Positions 1 to 10,017 of a stretch of 32,000 nt of DNA are shown here, piece after piece. The notes beneath the pieces were generated by a model. It made no database searches. It was not told where the DNA came from and saw only the letters and a list, made by a program, of their open reading frames with translations. Each line of letters begins with the position of its first letter. Position 1 is the first letter of the stretch. The translations under genes were made by a program, and so were the position numbers. Origin of the DNA: Okeania sp. (lineage in GTDB: Bacteria; Cyanobacteriota; Cyanobacteriia; Cyanobacteriales; Microcoleaceae); the NCBI RefSeq assembly GCF_035285525.1, contig NZ_JAYKGW010000124.1, forward strand, positions 1-32,000. Direction: 5' to 3'.

Positions 1-182
1 TTGAGTAAATATTGACAATAATCAATATAATTAAAGTCCATGTTTTTCGGAAAAATTAATGGTAATTTAATTATCTCATAATTGGGATTTTTTTGAGAAT
101 TAATTTAACACTTTGTGATAAATATCTCTACCAATCACTACGCTACATATAGCGTACTTGCGTAAGTCCTGACTATATCCGA

Positions 183-258
183 GTCATTGCGACTGGAACG
201 GACTGGAGGGAAGCAATCTTAGGAGTCTGCGGAGATTGCTTCCTATCGTCGCAATGAC
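183..258. repeat. Two-tier inverted repeat (long imperfect hairpin) inside a dispersed element that ends in ACTATTCAACCGGA
   Basis: Outer arms are GTCATTGCGAC (183-193) and GTCGCAATGAC (248-258). Inner arms are GGAAGCAATCT (209-219) and AGATTGCTTCC (233-243). Related ends (ATCCGGATAAT ... ATTCAACCGGA) recur at about 16850-16970 and 29060-29200. It lies about 57 nt 3' of the minus-strand CBM9-like gene. Confidence 0.5.
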
Positions 259-314
259 CACTATTCAACCGGATTTTATATGAGAGCTTTTTTTGGCATT
301 ATACATTATTCTGA

Positions 315-1100
315 TTATCTTTTCCAAAACGGACTTTCTGTTGCTGAAAATGTTACACGACCAAAATCTTGGGCTGCATGAAATTGAGGTTTAGGAGTTT
401 GACTAGGAGACCATTGACTATATTGTAAATTTGTTTGACCACCAAGACGGTTAAGATTGAGATACCAAATTTCTTTTGGTTTTGGTGGTGTATTTTTAGC
501 AACCTGAGCAAAATTGTCGAAAGGAATGGCTGCTTCTAATATCCAATATTTATCTGTATCACTGTCATTATTCAGAGTTCCGACAATTGAAGTAGCAATT
601 TTGATACCTTCACCATTCCATTCTTCAGTCTTTCGCTCCTCTCCACTTTGCCTATGAAATTGATCTAAAAATGCTCCTTGTACGTTCATTTCAATATTAA
701 AATAGGTAAGGGGTCGATCGGGATTTGGTGCTGTAAAGACTTCTACGCAATCATCTTGAAAAACTGCACTATCACGCTCGGTTTTTTCTGCCCAAATATG
801 TGCATCTTCAACAATGAATGATACATATAAATGTTTATTATCCCACAGCAATTTACTGATAGTTTGTTCTTGCTTTCCGGACTGCCACCAAGGAAATTTA
901 AAAGCTCCCACATCTGGTGCTGCTGTCCATACTGGTTCATTTAATTGACCATCAATAATTATGGGTGTACTTGTCCTTAAGATAGTATAAGATGCTTGGC
1001 TAACTGCTAATGTTTTCAGGGACAAACAGAGTATAAATGATAGAGATAAAAGAGCAACAGTGAGTATTTTTTGGTATCTTAATTTTTTCTGATATTTCAT
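315..1100 (-). CDS. Secreted carbohydrate-binding family 9 (CBM9/DOMON-like) domain protein
   Basis: 261-aa ORF with an N-terminal signal-like hydrophobic segment (ILTVALLSLSFILCLSLKTLA). IIDGQLNEPVWTAAP ... LLWDNKHLYVSF.VEDAHIWAEKTERDSAVFQDDCVEVF ... YFNIEMN matches the CBM9-like family consensus as I recall it. Confidence 0.75.
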   Translation of the reverse strand: MKYQKKLRYQKILTVALLSLSFILCLSLKTLAVSQASYTILRTSTPIIIDGQLNEPVWTAAPDVGAFKFPWWQSGKQEQTISKLLWDNKHLYVSFIVEDAHIWAEKTERDSAVFQDDCVEVFTAPNPDRPLTYFNIEMNVQGAFLDQFHRQSGEERKTEEWNGEGIKIATSIVGTLNNDSDTDKYWILEAAIPFDNFAQVAKNTPPKPKEIWYLNLNRLGGQTNLQYSQWSPSQTPKPQFHAAQDFGRVTFSATESPFWKR

Positions 1101-1371
1101 GGTAAGGTTCTGGATGATTGTATTTTTATTTGCTTAATTTCCACTGGAGATCTCTTTTAGCACTTTGATAGTCTTTTAGTATCAGTATTAAGCTTAAATT
1201 TAGATTTAGCGATCGCTACCTATTATCACCTTTTTCAGAAAAGATACCAAATAGCTTTTATATAGCTAAAACTCAGTATTAGGGAGGGTTTATGTAAATC
1301 TGAGAGTCACCATGAAAATTATAGCTAAAACCCGCCCCTACTCCATGCACCATTTAAGGCGTTTCACCGGG

Positions 1372-2379
1372 TTAAAAAAACTGTGCTAAACGACGTAACA
1401 CTAAATATTCCCAACTAAAGATGGAATAGCCATAACCTTCTTGTTTGACTGCTGCAACCTGTTTTTGCACTGTATCAAGTGAGAAAGGAATAACATTCCA
1501 GGTTGCGGAAATACCAACTCCAACTGGCACATAATCAGCAGCAGTTCCAATACCAGAATTTGATAAACTTGCTATTACTGCTTCTGGTGTTGGGCGGTAA
1601 ATCTGCAATACTATTTCATCTACTATTCCTTGTTCCACCCACCACAACCAATCTTGATTGTATTTAGAAACAGCAAAGTTATAGGGATTAGGAGAAACAC
1701 TAACCACCAGTTGGGGATTTTTGGCTTTAATGTGACTATACACCTTTTGAGTTAAGTTGGTTAATGCGTGACGTTGATTATTACTACCAAAAATTTGAGG
1801 AACAGCCCAATGATCGTCTAATTGAATACCTTCTAACCCTTTGACTTTAAGGATATCATCTATATGACCTAAAATATATTCTTGAACTTTTGGATTAGCT
1901 GGGTCTAACCAGACATTTCCATTTTCTACAGTTTCTCCTTTTGCTGTTTTTAGTAACCAATCTGGGTGTTTCTCCACAATAGCATTTCCAGGATTCAGCA
2001 TCATACCATATTCAAACCAAGCAAAAGGTTTTAATCCTTGACGGCGAGATTCTTGAACTGCTGCTTTCAGAGGATTAGTCAAAGGAGGACGCAATAGAAA
2101 GTGAGTATAACTATGAGAAGTTGGGTAGAGAGTTCCTTTTAAACCATAAACACTGAAGTAAATACGCTCGTATCCTGAGAGAGAAAGATTGTGTAAAACT
2201 TCATCTAAGAATGTGGTGTGATGTAAAAATGCTGTGGCAGCGTGGGTTAACCAAATGCCCTGCATATTCTCTTTGACAACAGGAGAACGACGTGGTGCAT
2301 GATGAGTTGCTACTAACAATAAACAAACTACTATAGCGATGGATAAAAATTTCAGGAACTTTCTGACTATTCTTTTCAT
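1372..2379 (-). CDS. Glycoside hydrolase-like family 10 (GHL10/DUF187, YngK-type) protein with N-terminal membrane anchor or signal
   Basis: 335-aa ORF. Motifs GIWL, FEYGMM, HPDWL, WLDPANPKVQEYI and GIQLDDHW are typical of PF02638-type proteins. There is a hydrophobic N-terminus. It is co-oriented with the CBM9-like gene. Confidence 0.72.
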   Translation of the reverse strand: MKRIVRKFLKFLSIAIVVCLLLVATHHAPRRSPVVKENMQGIWLTHAATAFLHHTTFLDEVLHNLSLSGYERIYFSVYGLKGTLYPTSHSYTHFLLRPPLTNPLKAAVQESRRQGLKPFAWFEYGMMLNPGNAIVEKHPDWLLKTAKGETVENGNVWLDPANPKVQEYILGHIDDILKVKGLEGIQLDDHWAVPQIFGSNNQRHALTNLTQKVYSHIKAKNPQLVVSVSPNPYNFAVSKYNQDWLWWVEQGIVDEIVLQIYRPTPEAVIASLSNSGIGTAADYVPVGVGISATWNVIPFSLDTVQKQVAAVKQEGYGYSIFSWEYLVLRRLAQFF

Positions 2380-2522
2380 TAGACCTCTCCAGAAACTAAG
2401 TTTTACTCTATAATTACAATAGTTTGAGATTAATTTTCGCAGAACTCTATTTTGAAGTTGTAAGCATTCACCAGTTAGCTATCAGCTTTTAAGGTAAGTC
2501 TATAATTTCTGGCATAATATAC

Positions 2523-2763
2523 ATGGCTTGCTGAAAAAGTCTTTTGGTTGAGGTAGGAAGTAGGGAGTAGTGAATAGTCACGATGAATCAGGGGTTTTAC
2601 AGGATGTACAAAGGAACAATTATCCCTTGACTTGGGTTCTCAAATCTTACCCAAATACTCATTTTTTGAGCTAAAAGGGGTGAAAATCTGGTACTTTTTC
2701 ACCACCTAAAAAACCTGAAACCTTTATATATAAAGACTTTTATATTTAATCAGCCAGCCCTAC
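2523..2763. mobile_element. MITE-like element, family A (TAGGGCTTGCTGAAAAAGTC ... TTCAGCAAGCCCTA type ends)
   Basis: Left end is GGCTTGCTGAAAAAGTCTTTT and right end is AAAGACTTTT...AATCAGCCAGCCCTAC. The same end structure and internal blocks (CCCAAATC, GGTACTTTTT) occur at 11686-11978, 25181-25435 and 28357-28955. No ORF. Confidence 0.6.
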
Positions 2764-2944
2764 ATAAATTTGATAAAATAGGATATATGGTTCAAAAGTA
2801 GAAGTTAAAAGAGCCCTTGCTTCATTCATTTTTATTGCACTTGAACTGACTGCTGACTGGTTACTGGAAGTTAAGTTTTTCTTAGTTGATATTTACAGGA
2901 CATTTCGAGCAAATCAGGTACATGGTAAATGGTGAAAAGATTGT

Positions 2945-2967
2945 ATTGCGGGCAATATGCCCGCAAT
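2945..2967 (-). terminator. Possible intrinsic terminator of hom
   Basis: Perfect 10-bp stem ATTGCGGGCA/TGCCCGCAAT with a 3-nt loop, about 60 nt 3' of the hom stop on the minus strand. It is followed on that strand by ACAATCTTTTC, so the U-tract is weak and not immediately adjacent. Confidence 0.3.
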
Positions 2968-3024
2968 GGGTATACCTGATAGCAACGGAAATCACGGTCA
3001 TAGCAATCTGATTTTTTTTGGTGT

Positions 3025-4329
3025 CTACAACACTCTCAAAACACTAGGAATGCTATCAACAACATCTAATGATTGAATTTCCTCTAATGCTTGTCGGAAG
3101 TTGCCTTCTCTCACATCATGGGTGACAACAACTATTTCTGCAAAGTCACCCTGTATTCCTGTTTGTACCACAGATTCTAAACTGACATCATGTTTCCCGA
3201 AACAAGTCCCCAGTTTACCAATAACACCAGGGTGATCTTTAGTGAGGAAACGAGCATAAAATCTGGTGACAAGTTCTGTCATTTCTGCTGTTTCGCAATA
3301 GTGTTGGTGAGTACAACTTAATAACGGGTGGGGAATAGGTTCGGTTTCTGTTTGCAGAATCGCAGCAATACTCATAATATCTGAAACTACTGCACTTGCA
3401 GTGGGACCGGAACCAGCACCAGGACCGAAAAACATAACTTGTCCGATGGGTTCTCCGGCAATCAGAATGGCATTATAGACATCGTTGATACTAGCGAGGG
3501 GGTGAGTTTTGGGAACTAGAGTTGGATGTACTCTTAGTTCCAGTTTGTCTGCGGTAGGGTTAATGTTGTTTGGATCGCGTTTAGCGATCGCTAATAATTT
3601 AATGACAAAGTCTAGTTTGTCCGCATAAGCAATATCTGCTGCGGTTACTTGACGAATACCTTCACAGTGGATATCTTCTAATTTTATGCGACCGCTAAAA
3701 GCAAGGGAAGCAAGAATAGCAATCTTATCTTTAGCATCCAACCCTTCTACATCAGCAGTAGGATCTGCTTCTGCATAACCTAATTTTTGAGCATCAGCGA
3801 GAACATCTGCGAAGTCTGCTCCCTCTGTTTGCATTTTGGTAAGGATGTAGTTAGTAGTTCCATTGACAATACCAATAACAGAATGAATCCGATTTACTCC
3901 CAGAGATTCTTTCAGAGGTTGAATGACTGGGATACCACCTCCGACTGCTGCTTCTAACATAACATAAACACCTTTAGCGTTAGCTGCCTCAAAAATTTCT
4001 GGACCGTAACGAGAGATAACAGCTTTGTTAGCAGTAACTATATGTTTACCATGTTCGATAGCTTTGAGTATTAGACTTCTTGCTGGTTCCAACCCACCGA
4101 TGAGTTCTATGATTATGTCTACATCTGGGTCAGTAGCGATCGCTTCTAAGTCTGTTGTGAAAATTTCTGGGGATAGATTAATATCCCTAGTTTTGGATAT
4201 ATCGCGCACACCGACTTGATATATTTCTAATTCTTGAATCAAAGGATGGCGACCCTCTGGGGATAACAATATTTTTGCTGTCCCTGTACCGACTGTACCT
4301 AATCCCAATAAACCAATTTTGAATCCCAC
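3025..4329 (-). CDS. hom: Homoserine dehydrogenase
   Basis: The Rossmann motif GLLGLGTVGTG lies at the extreme N-terminus when the GTG at 4329 is used, giving MGFKIGLLGLG and 434 aa. The catalytic core (VTANKA, EAAVGGGIP, GIVNGTTNYIL) and a C-terminal ACT-like domain are present. The longest ORF (to 4455) would add 42 aa encoded by the upstream tandem repeat, so I reject that extension. Confidence 0.9.
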   Translation of the reverse strand: MGFKIGLLGLGTVGTGTAKILLSPEGRHPLIQELEIYQVGVRDISKTRDINLSPEIFTTDLEAIATDPDVDIIIELIGGLEPARSLILKAIEHGKHIVTANKAVISRYGPEIFEAANAKGVYVMLEAAVGGGIPVIQPLKESLGVNRIHSVIGIVNGTTNYILTKMQTEGADFADVLADAQKLGYAEADPTADVEGLDAKDKIAILASLAFSGRIKLEDIHCEGIRQVTAADIAYADKLDFVIKLLAIAKRDPNNINPTADKLELRVHPTLVPKTHPLASINDVYNAILIAGEPIGQVMFFGPGAGSGPTASAVVSDIMSIAAILQTETEPIPHPLLSCTHQHYCETAEMTELVTRFYARFLTKDHPGVIGKLGTCFGKHDVSLESVVQTGIQGDFAEIVVVTHDVREGNFRQALEEIQSLDVVDSIPSVLRVL

Positions 4330-4425
4330 AATTGTTAACCTGTACTGAATGATTTTTTTAAGTAAAGTTAGATTATAATAGCTGAATATTACTACTATAG
4401 TCAAGGAAAAAGGAAGAAGTAAGCG

Positions 4426-5027
4426 TAGGTTGGGTTGAGGAACTAAACTCAACATTAATAAGGTGGATGTTGGGCTTCACTTTCGTTTTACCCAACCTAC
4501 ATTTTTCAACCAAACTCAACATTAATAAATTTTTATTGGGCTTCACTTTCGTTTTACCCAACCTACATTTTTCAACTAAACTCAACATTAATAAATTTTT
4601 GTTGGGTTTCACTTTCGTTTTACCCAACCTACATTTTTCTAAACCCAACATTAATAAATTTTTATTGGGTTTCACTTTCGTTTTACCCAACCTACATTTT
4701 TCAACCAAACTCAACATTAATAAATTTTTATTGGGTTGCACTTTCGTTTTACCCAACCTACATTTTTCAACCAAACTCAACATTAATAAATTTTTGTTGG
4801 CTTTCACTTTCGTTTTACCCAACCTACATTTTTCAACCAAACTCAACATTAATAAATTTTTGTTGGGCTTCACTTTCGTTTTACCCAACCTACATTTTTC
4901 AACCAAACTCAACATTAATAAGGTGGATGTTGGGTTGCACTTTCGTTTTACCCAACCTACATTTTTCTAAACCCAACATTAATAAATTTTTATTGGGTTG
5001 CACTTTCGTTTTACCCAACTACATTAT
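4426..5027. repeat. Tandem array of about 9.5 copies with a 66-bp period, derived from the GTAGGTTGGGT...ACCCAAC hairpin repeat
   Basis: Units start at 4470, 4536, 4602 (63 bp), 4665, 4731, 4797, 4863, 4930 (63 bp) and 4993 (partial), with only a few substitutions per unit. Each unit carries GTTGGG(C/T)...ACCCAAC (6-7 bp stem, 14-nt loop). There are no unique spacers. Confidence 0.92.
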
Positions 5028-5048
5028 TTGATATACTTGGAATTTTAT

Positions 5049-6227
5049 TCAAACAAAAGCTTTTATTTCCTCTATTAATTTATCAATTTCTGCCTCTAAA
5101 CTAAAATAATGAACACCAGCTCTCACACAATCTGGATCGAGAATAGTTCTTACCATAATTTCCTGGTTTTCTAAATATTCAACTAACTCTTGATGCGACT
5201 TACCATTGGTTAACTGAAAAGAAACTAATCCTGCTTCTGGCGCTGCTGTGCGTAAACATTTAACTTCAGGAATTTGACTTAAACTTTCCCATAAATATTT
5301 ACTCAATTCTTTAATTTTTTCATATCTTTCTGTTGCAGTTCCCCATTGATTATGAAAAGCGATCGCTGCCCTTAAACCAGAATATAAAGGATAAGCAGAA
5401 GTAGCAATTTCATAACGTCTACCATCAGGTTGCCAACTAATTGGTTTACCACTTTTATCTTTCAAAATACCCCGCCAACCAATAAAAGTAGGGCTTAAAT
5501 TTTCCCTGGCTTTAGCACTTACATAAAGACCTCCTAAACCTTCTGGTCCACATAGCCATTTATGACCAGTAAAGGCATAAAAATCAACTTCTGTTTCTGC
5601 TAATTTTAAAGGTAAAACTCCTACAGATTGAGCAGCATCAACTAATACTTTAATTGGCGATGGAAATAAATGATGACATGATTTAGCAATTTCTTCTAAT
5701 GGTAAAACTTGACCTGTATTCCACAAAAGATGACTAATTACTAATAATTTTGTATTAGGACGTAAATTTTCAGTAATTACTTCTACAGGATTTCCTTCAT
5801 TTAAAGTTGCCATTATTGGGCAAGTAGAAACTTCTATATTAAAACGTCTTTTAATTTCATTTATGGTAGCAATAACTCCCGGATGTTCACAGTCAGAAAG
5901 TAAGAGATGATCTCCTGGCTGCCAATCTATACCCCAAAGTGCAATATTACAACCTACAGTAACATCTTCTGTCAAAGTAATAGTATCACGAGAAACTCCT
6001 AATTCAGTAGCGATCGCCCCTCTAATTAAAGCTGTTTGATTTTTCATCCAATCAGCAACTTTTCCACAAAAAGGTCCGAGATTTTGTATTTTTTGATAAG
6101 AATTATAAATTGCCTGTAAAGATACTTCTGGCATCGGTCCTTGACCACCATAATTAAAATAAATTTTATTAGCTAAAGCCGGAAATTTTTGTCTATGACT
6201 TGACAATTGGGAAAGATTCTGTTCCAT
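5049..6227 (-). CDS. Class V aminotransferase-fold PLP enzyme, cysteine desulfurase / cystine lyase (C-DES)-like
   Basis: 392-aa ORF with HRQKFPAL..YFNYGGQGP at the N-terminus and the PLP-lysine motif FTGHKWLCGPEGLGGLY. LLWNTGQVLPLEEI and DPDCVRAGVHYF also fit. The overall pattern resembles the SufS/CsdA/C-DES group. Confidence 0.8.
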   Translation of the reverse strand: MEQNLSQLSSHRQKFPALANKIYFNYGGQGPMPEVSLQAIYNSYQKIQNLGPFCGKVADWMKNQTALIRGAIATELGVSRDTITLTEDVTVGCNIALWGIDWQPGDHLLLSDCEHPGVIATINEIKRRFNIEVSTCPIMATLNEGNPVEVITENLRPNTKLLVISHLLWNTGQVLPLEEIAKSCHHLFPSPIKVLVDAAQSVGVLPLKLAETEVDFYAFTGHKWLCGPEGLGGLYVSAKARENLSPTFIGWRGILKDKSGKPISWQPDGRRYEIATSAYPLYSGLRAAIAFHNQWGTATERYEKIKELSKYLWESLSQIPEVKCLRTAAPEAGLVSFQLTNGKSHQELVEYLENQEIMVRTILDPDCVRAGVHYFSLEAEIDKLIEEIKAFV

Positions 6228-6549
6228 AAAATCATTAAAATTTAATCATACATAAAATTTTGCCTTAATAATTGTATCATAAATCTTAAGTTCCTTATAT
6301 TCAATTCTGTTAGGATTTTAACCAGATTTAATTAATGGATAATTGATAATACCAATTACCATAAACTTTGCCATGTTTTTATTTTCTATTTATAAATATT
6401 ATTTATTCGAGGAAATTCTTAATATTTGCTAATTCTGGTTATTAATAAAAGTGATTTTTCGAGCTTCTATAGTAAAACTTTCAGCCTTCAGAATAAGTTA
6501 TTTTTTTGAATAATTTTATACTCTCCAGTTATTAATTATTAATTAATAA

Positions 6550-8949
6550 CTAATAATTCTTATTTAACAAAATTCTGGTTCCCCAATTTGCCAATACTCT
6601 CTGTAAAGCTTCCACTTTAACTGGTTTACTAATATAATCATCCATACCAGTTTGGAAACAAATTTCGCGATCGCCCTCCATAGCTCCAGCAGTCATTGCC
6701 ACAATAATAGGTCTTTTACTTAACTCTTTGCCATACTTTTCCCGGATATGTGTTGTTGCCTCCAAACCTCCCATTTTTGGCATTTGTATATCCATCAAAA
6801 TCAAATCATAAGTTGCTTTTTCTAAAGTTGCCAAAGCTTCCAAACCATTATTAGCCACATCACAGAAATAACCCATTAATTCTAACATTGACAATGCCAC
6901 CTTTTGGTTAACAATATTATCTTCAACCAGTAAAATTTTTAAAGGTAGTCGTTTCCCTAAATTTTCATCAGTAGTTACCTGTATTTCATCTTGAACCTGG
7001 ATTGTTTGACTAGCAAAAATTTGCATCAGCACATCATATAATTGATTTAGTTTAATCGGCTTACTTAACCAAGCTTGGAAATTTGCTTTTGCGTCTTCTA
7101 TAGAGAAATTAATCGAAGTTAACATCACTAATGGTAATGTTTTAAATTGAGGAAACTCGCGAATTTTAGCAGCTAAAGTCATACCATCCATTTCCGGCAT
7201 TTGTAAATCTAGAATAGCCAAATCAAAATCTTGACTTTTCATCAACAAATCCAAAGCTTTTACACCACTATCTACTTCTGTAGAAATCATATTCCACTTT
7301 TCAGTTTGTATTTTTAAAATAAGTCGATGAGTAGGATTATCATCAATTATTAATACTTGTTTACCAGCAAGTTGAGGCAAAGGATTTTGATAAGGTTTAG
7401 GAACACTAGGAGCAACTGTAGTTAGAATTGTAAAATGAAACGTTGAGCCAACAGTAGTAGAATTTCCAGAGACCAAATTATTTTGATTCTTAACTACAGG
7501 AGTTCCAGCTACATTCCCCCCACTTTTTGCCCACATTTGTCCACCCATCATTTCGCATAGTTGCTTACTAATAACTAACCCCAAACCTGTACCGCCATAT
7601 CTGCGAGTAGTGGAGGAGTCTACCTGAGAAAAAGGTTGAAATAGTCGCTTCATACCTTCTTCTGGAATACCAATACCAGTATCTCTAATCGCAAAATGAA
7701 TTTGGTGGGTAGGAGATTGAGAATAATCGGGATTAAGTTCTTCAGCAGTGATATTTATTACTATTTCTCCAGATTCAGTAAATTTAATTCCATTACTAAT
7801 TAAATTAACTAGAATTTGACGCAACCGAGCTGCATCTCCCATAATTGTCAAAGGAGTAGAATCATCTATCATATATGCTATTTCTAGTCCTTTATTTGCA
7901 GCTTGAAGAACTAGCAAATCTAAACAAGATTCTACACATTCTTGTAAATCAAAAGCTTTGTTTTCTAACTCTAACTTATTAGCATCAATTTTTGAGAAAT
8001 CAAGAATATCATTAATAATAACGAGTAAATTATCTCCACTATCACGAAGAATTTCCACAAATTTTCGTTGTTGGGGACTAAGATTGGTATCTAACAGTAA
8101 AGTTATCACCCCAATTATGCCATTCATAGGCGTGCGGATTTCGTGACTCATATTGGCCACAAATTCTGATTTCAGCTTGGCTAATGATTCAGCTTCTTTT
8201 AAGGCCACATCTAATTGCTGATTTTTTTCTTGTAATTCTGCTGCTATTTGGACTGTTTCTTGCTGAGATTTGGCCACTTCTTGAATATGTAGTTCAACCT
8301 GTCTAACTGCTGGTCGAAATACAAATAGTCCTTCTGACAAAAGCAGTAATATAGAAATTACTAATAATAAATCTTCAGTTTGTCTACTTTGCTGAACTTT
8401 TTTCTGGGCTTCAGCATCATATTGAAAGACAATTTTATTCATCCGAGGCAGAAAATTTGCCTCATTTTTCAGAATTATTTCTATATAAGAATTAATATTT
8501 TTCTCTGTTGAATTTGAGTTAATAGTTATTAGCAAACTTTTTGCAGCTCCAACCATTTCTTGGTAATATTGTTCCATTTCAGTAAACATTTGTTTTACTG
8601 TAGGACTATTATTATTAGCAGGTAATCCTAATTCTGAATCTCCCCACTGCAGTCCTTCGTGGGAACGTTGGAATAACTTTAAGACATCTTTTAATTCTTG
8701 TTGTCTTTGTTTTTTAATTTCTGGATTCTGGCTCAACTGGATTGCTAATGAAGCTTTAGTAAGTTTTTGACTAAGCATTCTTTGGCGACCTGCAATATTA
8801 ATTACCCGAGAGCTAGCAAATTGATATTTTAGGGATTTTTCTGCTAGAATTTGAGCAACTACAAATAACCCTGCAATTACACTAAGTCCGGCAATATAAA
8901 GTACAGTCAGATGGTGAGTTGGAGATGGCTTTTGTGTTCTTTCTAACAT
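6550..8949 (-). CDS. Hybrid sensor histidine kinase with PilJ/NarX-type N-terminal sensor, HisKA, HATPase_c and two receiver domains
   Basis: 799 aa. Two TM segments flank a periplasmic domain with [10 protein letters not shown] (P-box-like). Then a coiled coil, the H-box [15 protein letters not shown] boxes ([22 protein letters not shown]) and two REC domains ([11 protein letters not shown] and [11 protein letters not shown]). Confidence 0.9.
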   Translation of the reverse strand: MLERTQKPSPTHHLTVLYIAGLSVIAGLFVVAQILAEKSLKYQFASSRVINIAGRQRMLSQKLTKASLAIQLSQNPEIKKQRQQELKDVLKLFQRSHEGLQWGDSELGLPANNNSPTVKQMFTEMEQYYQEMVGAAKSLLITINSNSTEKNINSYIEIILKNEANFLPRMNKIVFQYDAEAQKKVQQSRQTEDLLLVISILLLLSEGLFVFRPAVRQVELHIQEVAKSQQETVQIAAELQEKNQQLDVALKEAESLAKLKSEFVANMSHEIRTPMNGIIGVITLLLDTNLSPQQRKFVEILRDSGDNLLVIINDILDFSKIDANKLELENKAFDLQECVESCLDLLVLQAANKGLEIAYMIDDSTPLTIMGDAARLRQILVNLISNGIKFTESGEIVINITAEELNPDYSQSPTHQIHFAIRDTGIGIPEEGMKRLFQPFSQVDSSTTRRYGGTGLGLVISKQLCEMMGGQMWAKSGGNVAGTPVVKNQNNLVSGNSTTVGSTFHFTILTTVAPSVPKPYQNPLPQLAGKQVLIIDDNPTHRLILKIQTEKWNMISTEVDSGVKALDLLMKSQDFDLAILDLQMPEMDGMTLAAKIREFPQFKTLPLVMLTSINFSIEDAKANFQAWLSKPIKLNQLYDVLMQIFASQTIQVQDEIQVTTDENLGKRLPLKILLVEDNIVNQKVALSMLELMGYFCDVANNGLEALATLEKATYDLILMDIQMPKMGGLEATTHIREKYGKELSKRPIIVAMTAGAMEGDREICFQTGMDDYISKPVKVEALQRVLANWGTRILLNKNY

Positions 8950-9255
8950 TTTTATTGTTATAATTAACTCTGTTGATATTCGATTATTTGATCATTATAA
9001 ATATTTGTTATTTTTGATCCAGTTACTTTTTGAGGAAAGAGGGAATAGGGAAGAGGGAATAGGTATGGAAGGAAATGGATAATTAATAATTAATAACTAA
9101 TAATTAATAATGGATAATCAGAGGTTTAAGTCTTTTTCTTTAAATGGATAGTAAGTATTCAGTTGTCAACTAACCTCCTACCTAGAACCTGTAGTAACAG
9201 AAGAGTGCTTTTAGTTTTAGATAAAAGCTTGACTAATTGAACCAGAATTAAATAT

Positions 9256-9455
9256 GTAAGTATTTAGCTATTAGCAGTTAGCTAATAGCCGAGCCAACAT
9301 ACAAGACTGATTAAAATTAGCGGACGATATTTTTCTTTAGATTTCACTTTTTGGATATTAATTTATTCTTCTAAACAGGATAAGTTAATAACTCATAGCT
9401 GTTAGAAAAGCTCTTCTGAAAAAGGCTAACTGATAGCTGAGGGCTAAATGCTTAC
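9256..9455. mobile_element. MITE-like element, family C (GTAAGCATT(T/C)AGCTATTAGC... inverted ends)
   Basis: Left end is GTAAGTATTTAGCTATTAGCAGTTAGC. The reverse complement of the right end is GTAAGCATTTAGCCCTCAGCTATCAGTTAGC. About 200 bp with no ORF. Further copies at 9756-9938 and 20267-20450, and solo ends at about 2461, 9521 and 28298. Confidence 0.6.
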
Positions 9456-9520
9456 TTAAATATTAACTACAAAAGCTGGCTTTAAAGCCTATATTCCATT
9501 GATAATTTCTCCTTTTACTG

Positions 9521-9550
9521 AGAGCTGACAGCTAATAGCTGAATGCTTAC
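9521..9550. repeat. Solo family C terminal repeat
   Basis: GAGAGCTGACAGCTAATAGCTGAATGCTTAC is the same sequence as the family C ends, with no obvious partner at the expected distance. Confidence 0.5.
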
Positions 9551-9755
9551 ATTAGAGTGTTGCATATTTAGTATATTTATAGGATTAATTATAGTTTTAT
9601 AGCAAAAGGAAGTGAAATATAAAATGTAGCAACTCAATTATATCATAATTAATTAGAGATAATGAAAATTATCCATTATAATTTAATAATATATTCATGC
9701 TTGGTTAAATACTCTCGGCTTTAACTAGAGGTAATTATTCATTATCCATTCCAAT

Positions 9756-9938
9756 GTAAGCATTTAGCTATTAGCCATCAGCTCTCAATAAATCCTATTT
9801 AAACTTGAAAATTTATTGAAATATATAACCTTTAAAGTCGGCTTTGATAGTAAGATTATATTTCCCTTAACTAATAAAGATTTTATTTAAAACTAAAATA
9901 AATAGCTAACTGATGACTGCTAATTGCTAATTGCTTAC
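9756..9938. mobile_element. MITE-like element, family C
   Basis: GTAAGCATTTAGCTATTAGCCATCAGCTCTC at the left and ...CTAACTGATGACTGCTAATTGCTAATTGCTTAC at the right are inverted. About 183 bp and AT-rich inside. Confidence 0.6.
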
Positions 9939-10017
9939 ATTGTAATTTTTTGACTAAAAAGAAAGTCATAATTCAAACAACTGCTATTAAATTCCAGACT
10001 CACCAACTAAATAATTA

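Noticed and set aside
1-41. A possible minus-strand gene start (ATG at 41-39, MDFNYIDYCQYLL...) running off the left edge
   Set aside because: Only 13 codons are visible, which is insufficient to support a call.
4330-4455. A 42-aa N-terminal extension of homoserine dehydrogenase (longest ORF)
   Set aside because: The extension is encoded by the edge of the repeat array (VPQPNLRL is the translated hairpin element). It also precedes the GxGxxG motif, which normally sits at the extreme N-terminus. The GTG at 4329 gives the canonical MGFKIGLLGLG start.
4373-4970. ORFs 4373..4915(-) (180 aa) and 4467..4970(+) (167 aa) as repeat proteins
   Set aside because: Both are direct translations of the tandem 66-bp non-coding hairpin unit and are open only because the period is divisible by 3. 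They lie on opposite strands of the same DNA and have low-complexity K/L/N-rich sequence with no recognisable fold or signal. The minus-strand ORF merges into a spurious N-terminal extension of hom.
4426-5027. The 66-bp array as a CRISPR locus
   Set aside because: The whole 66-bp period is repeated, so there are no unique spacers between repeats. No cas genes or leader are present.
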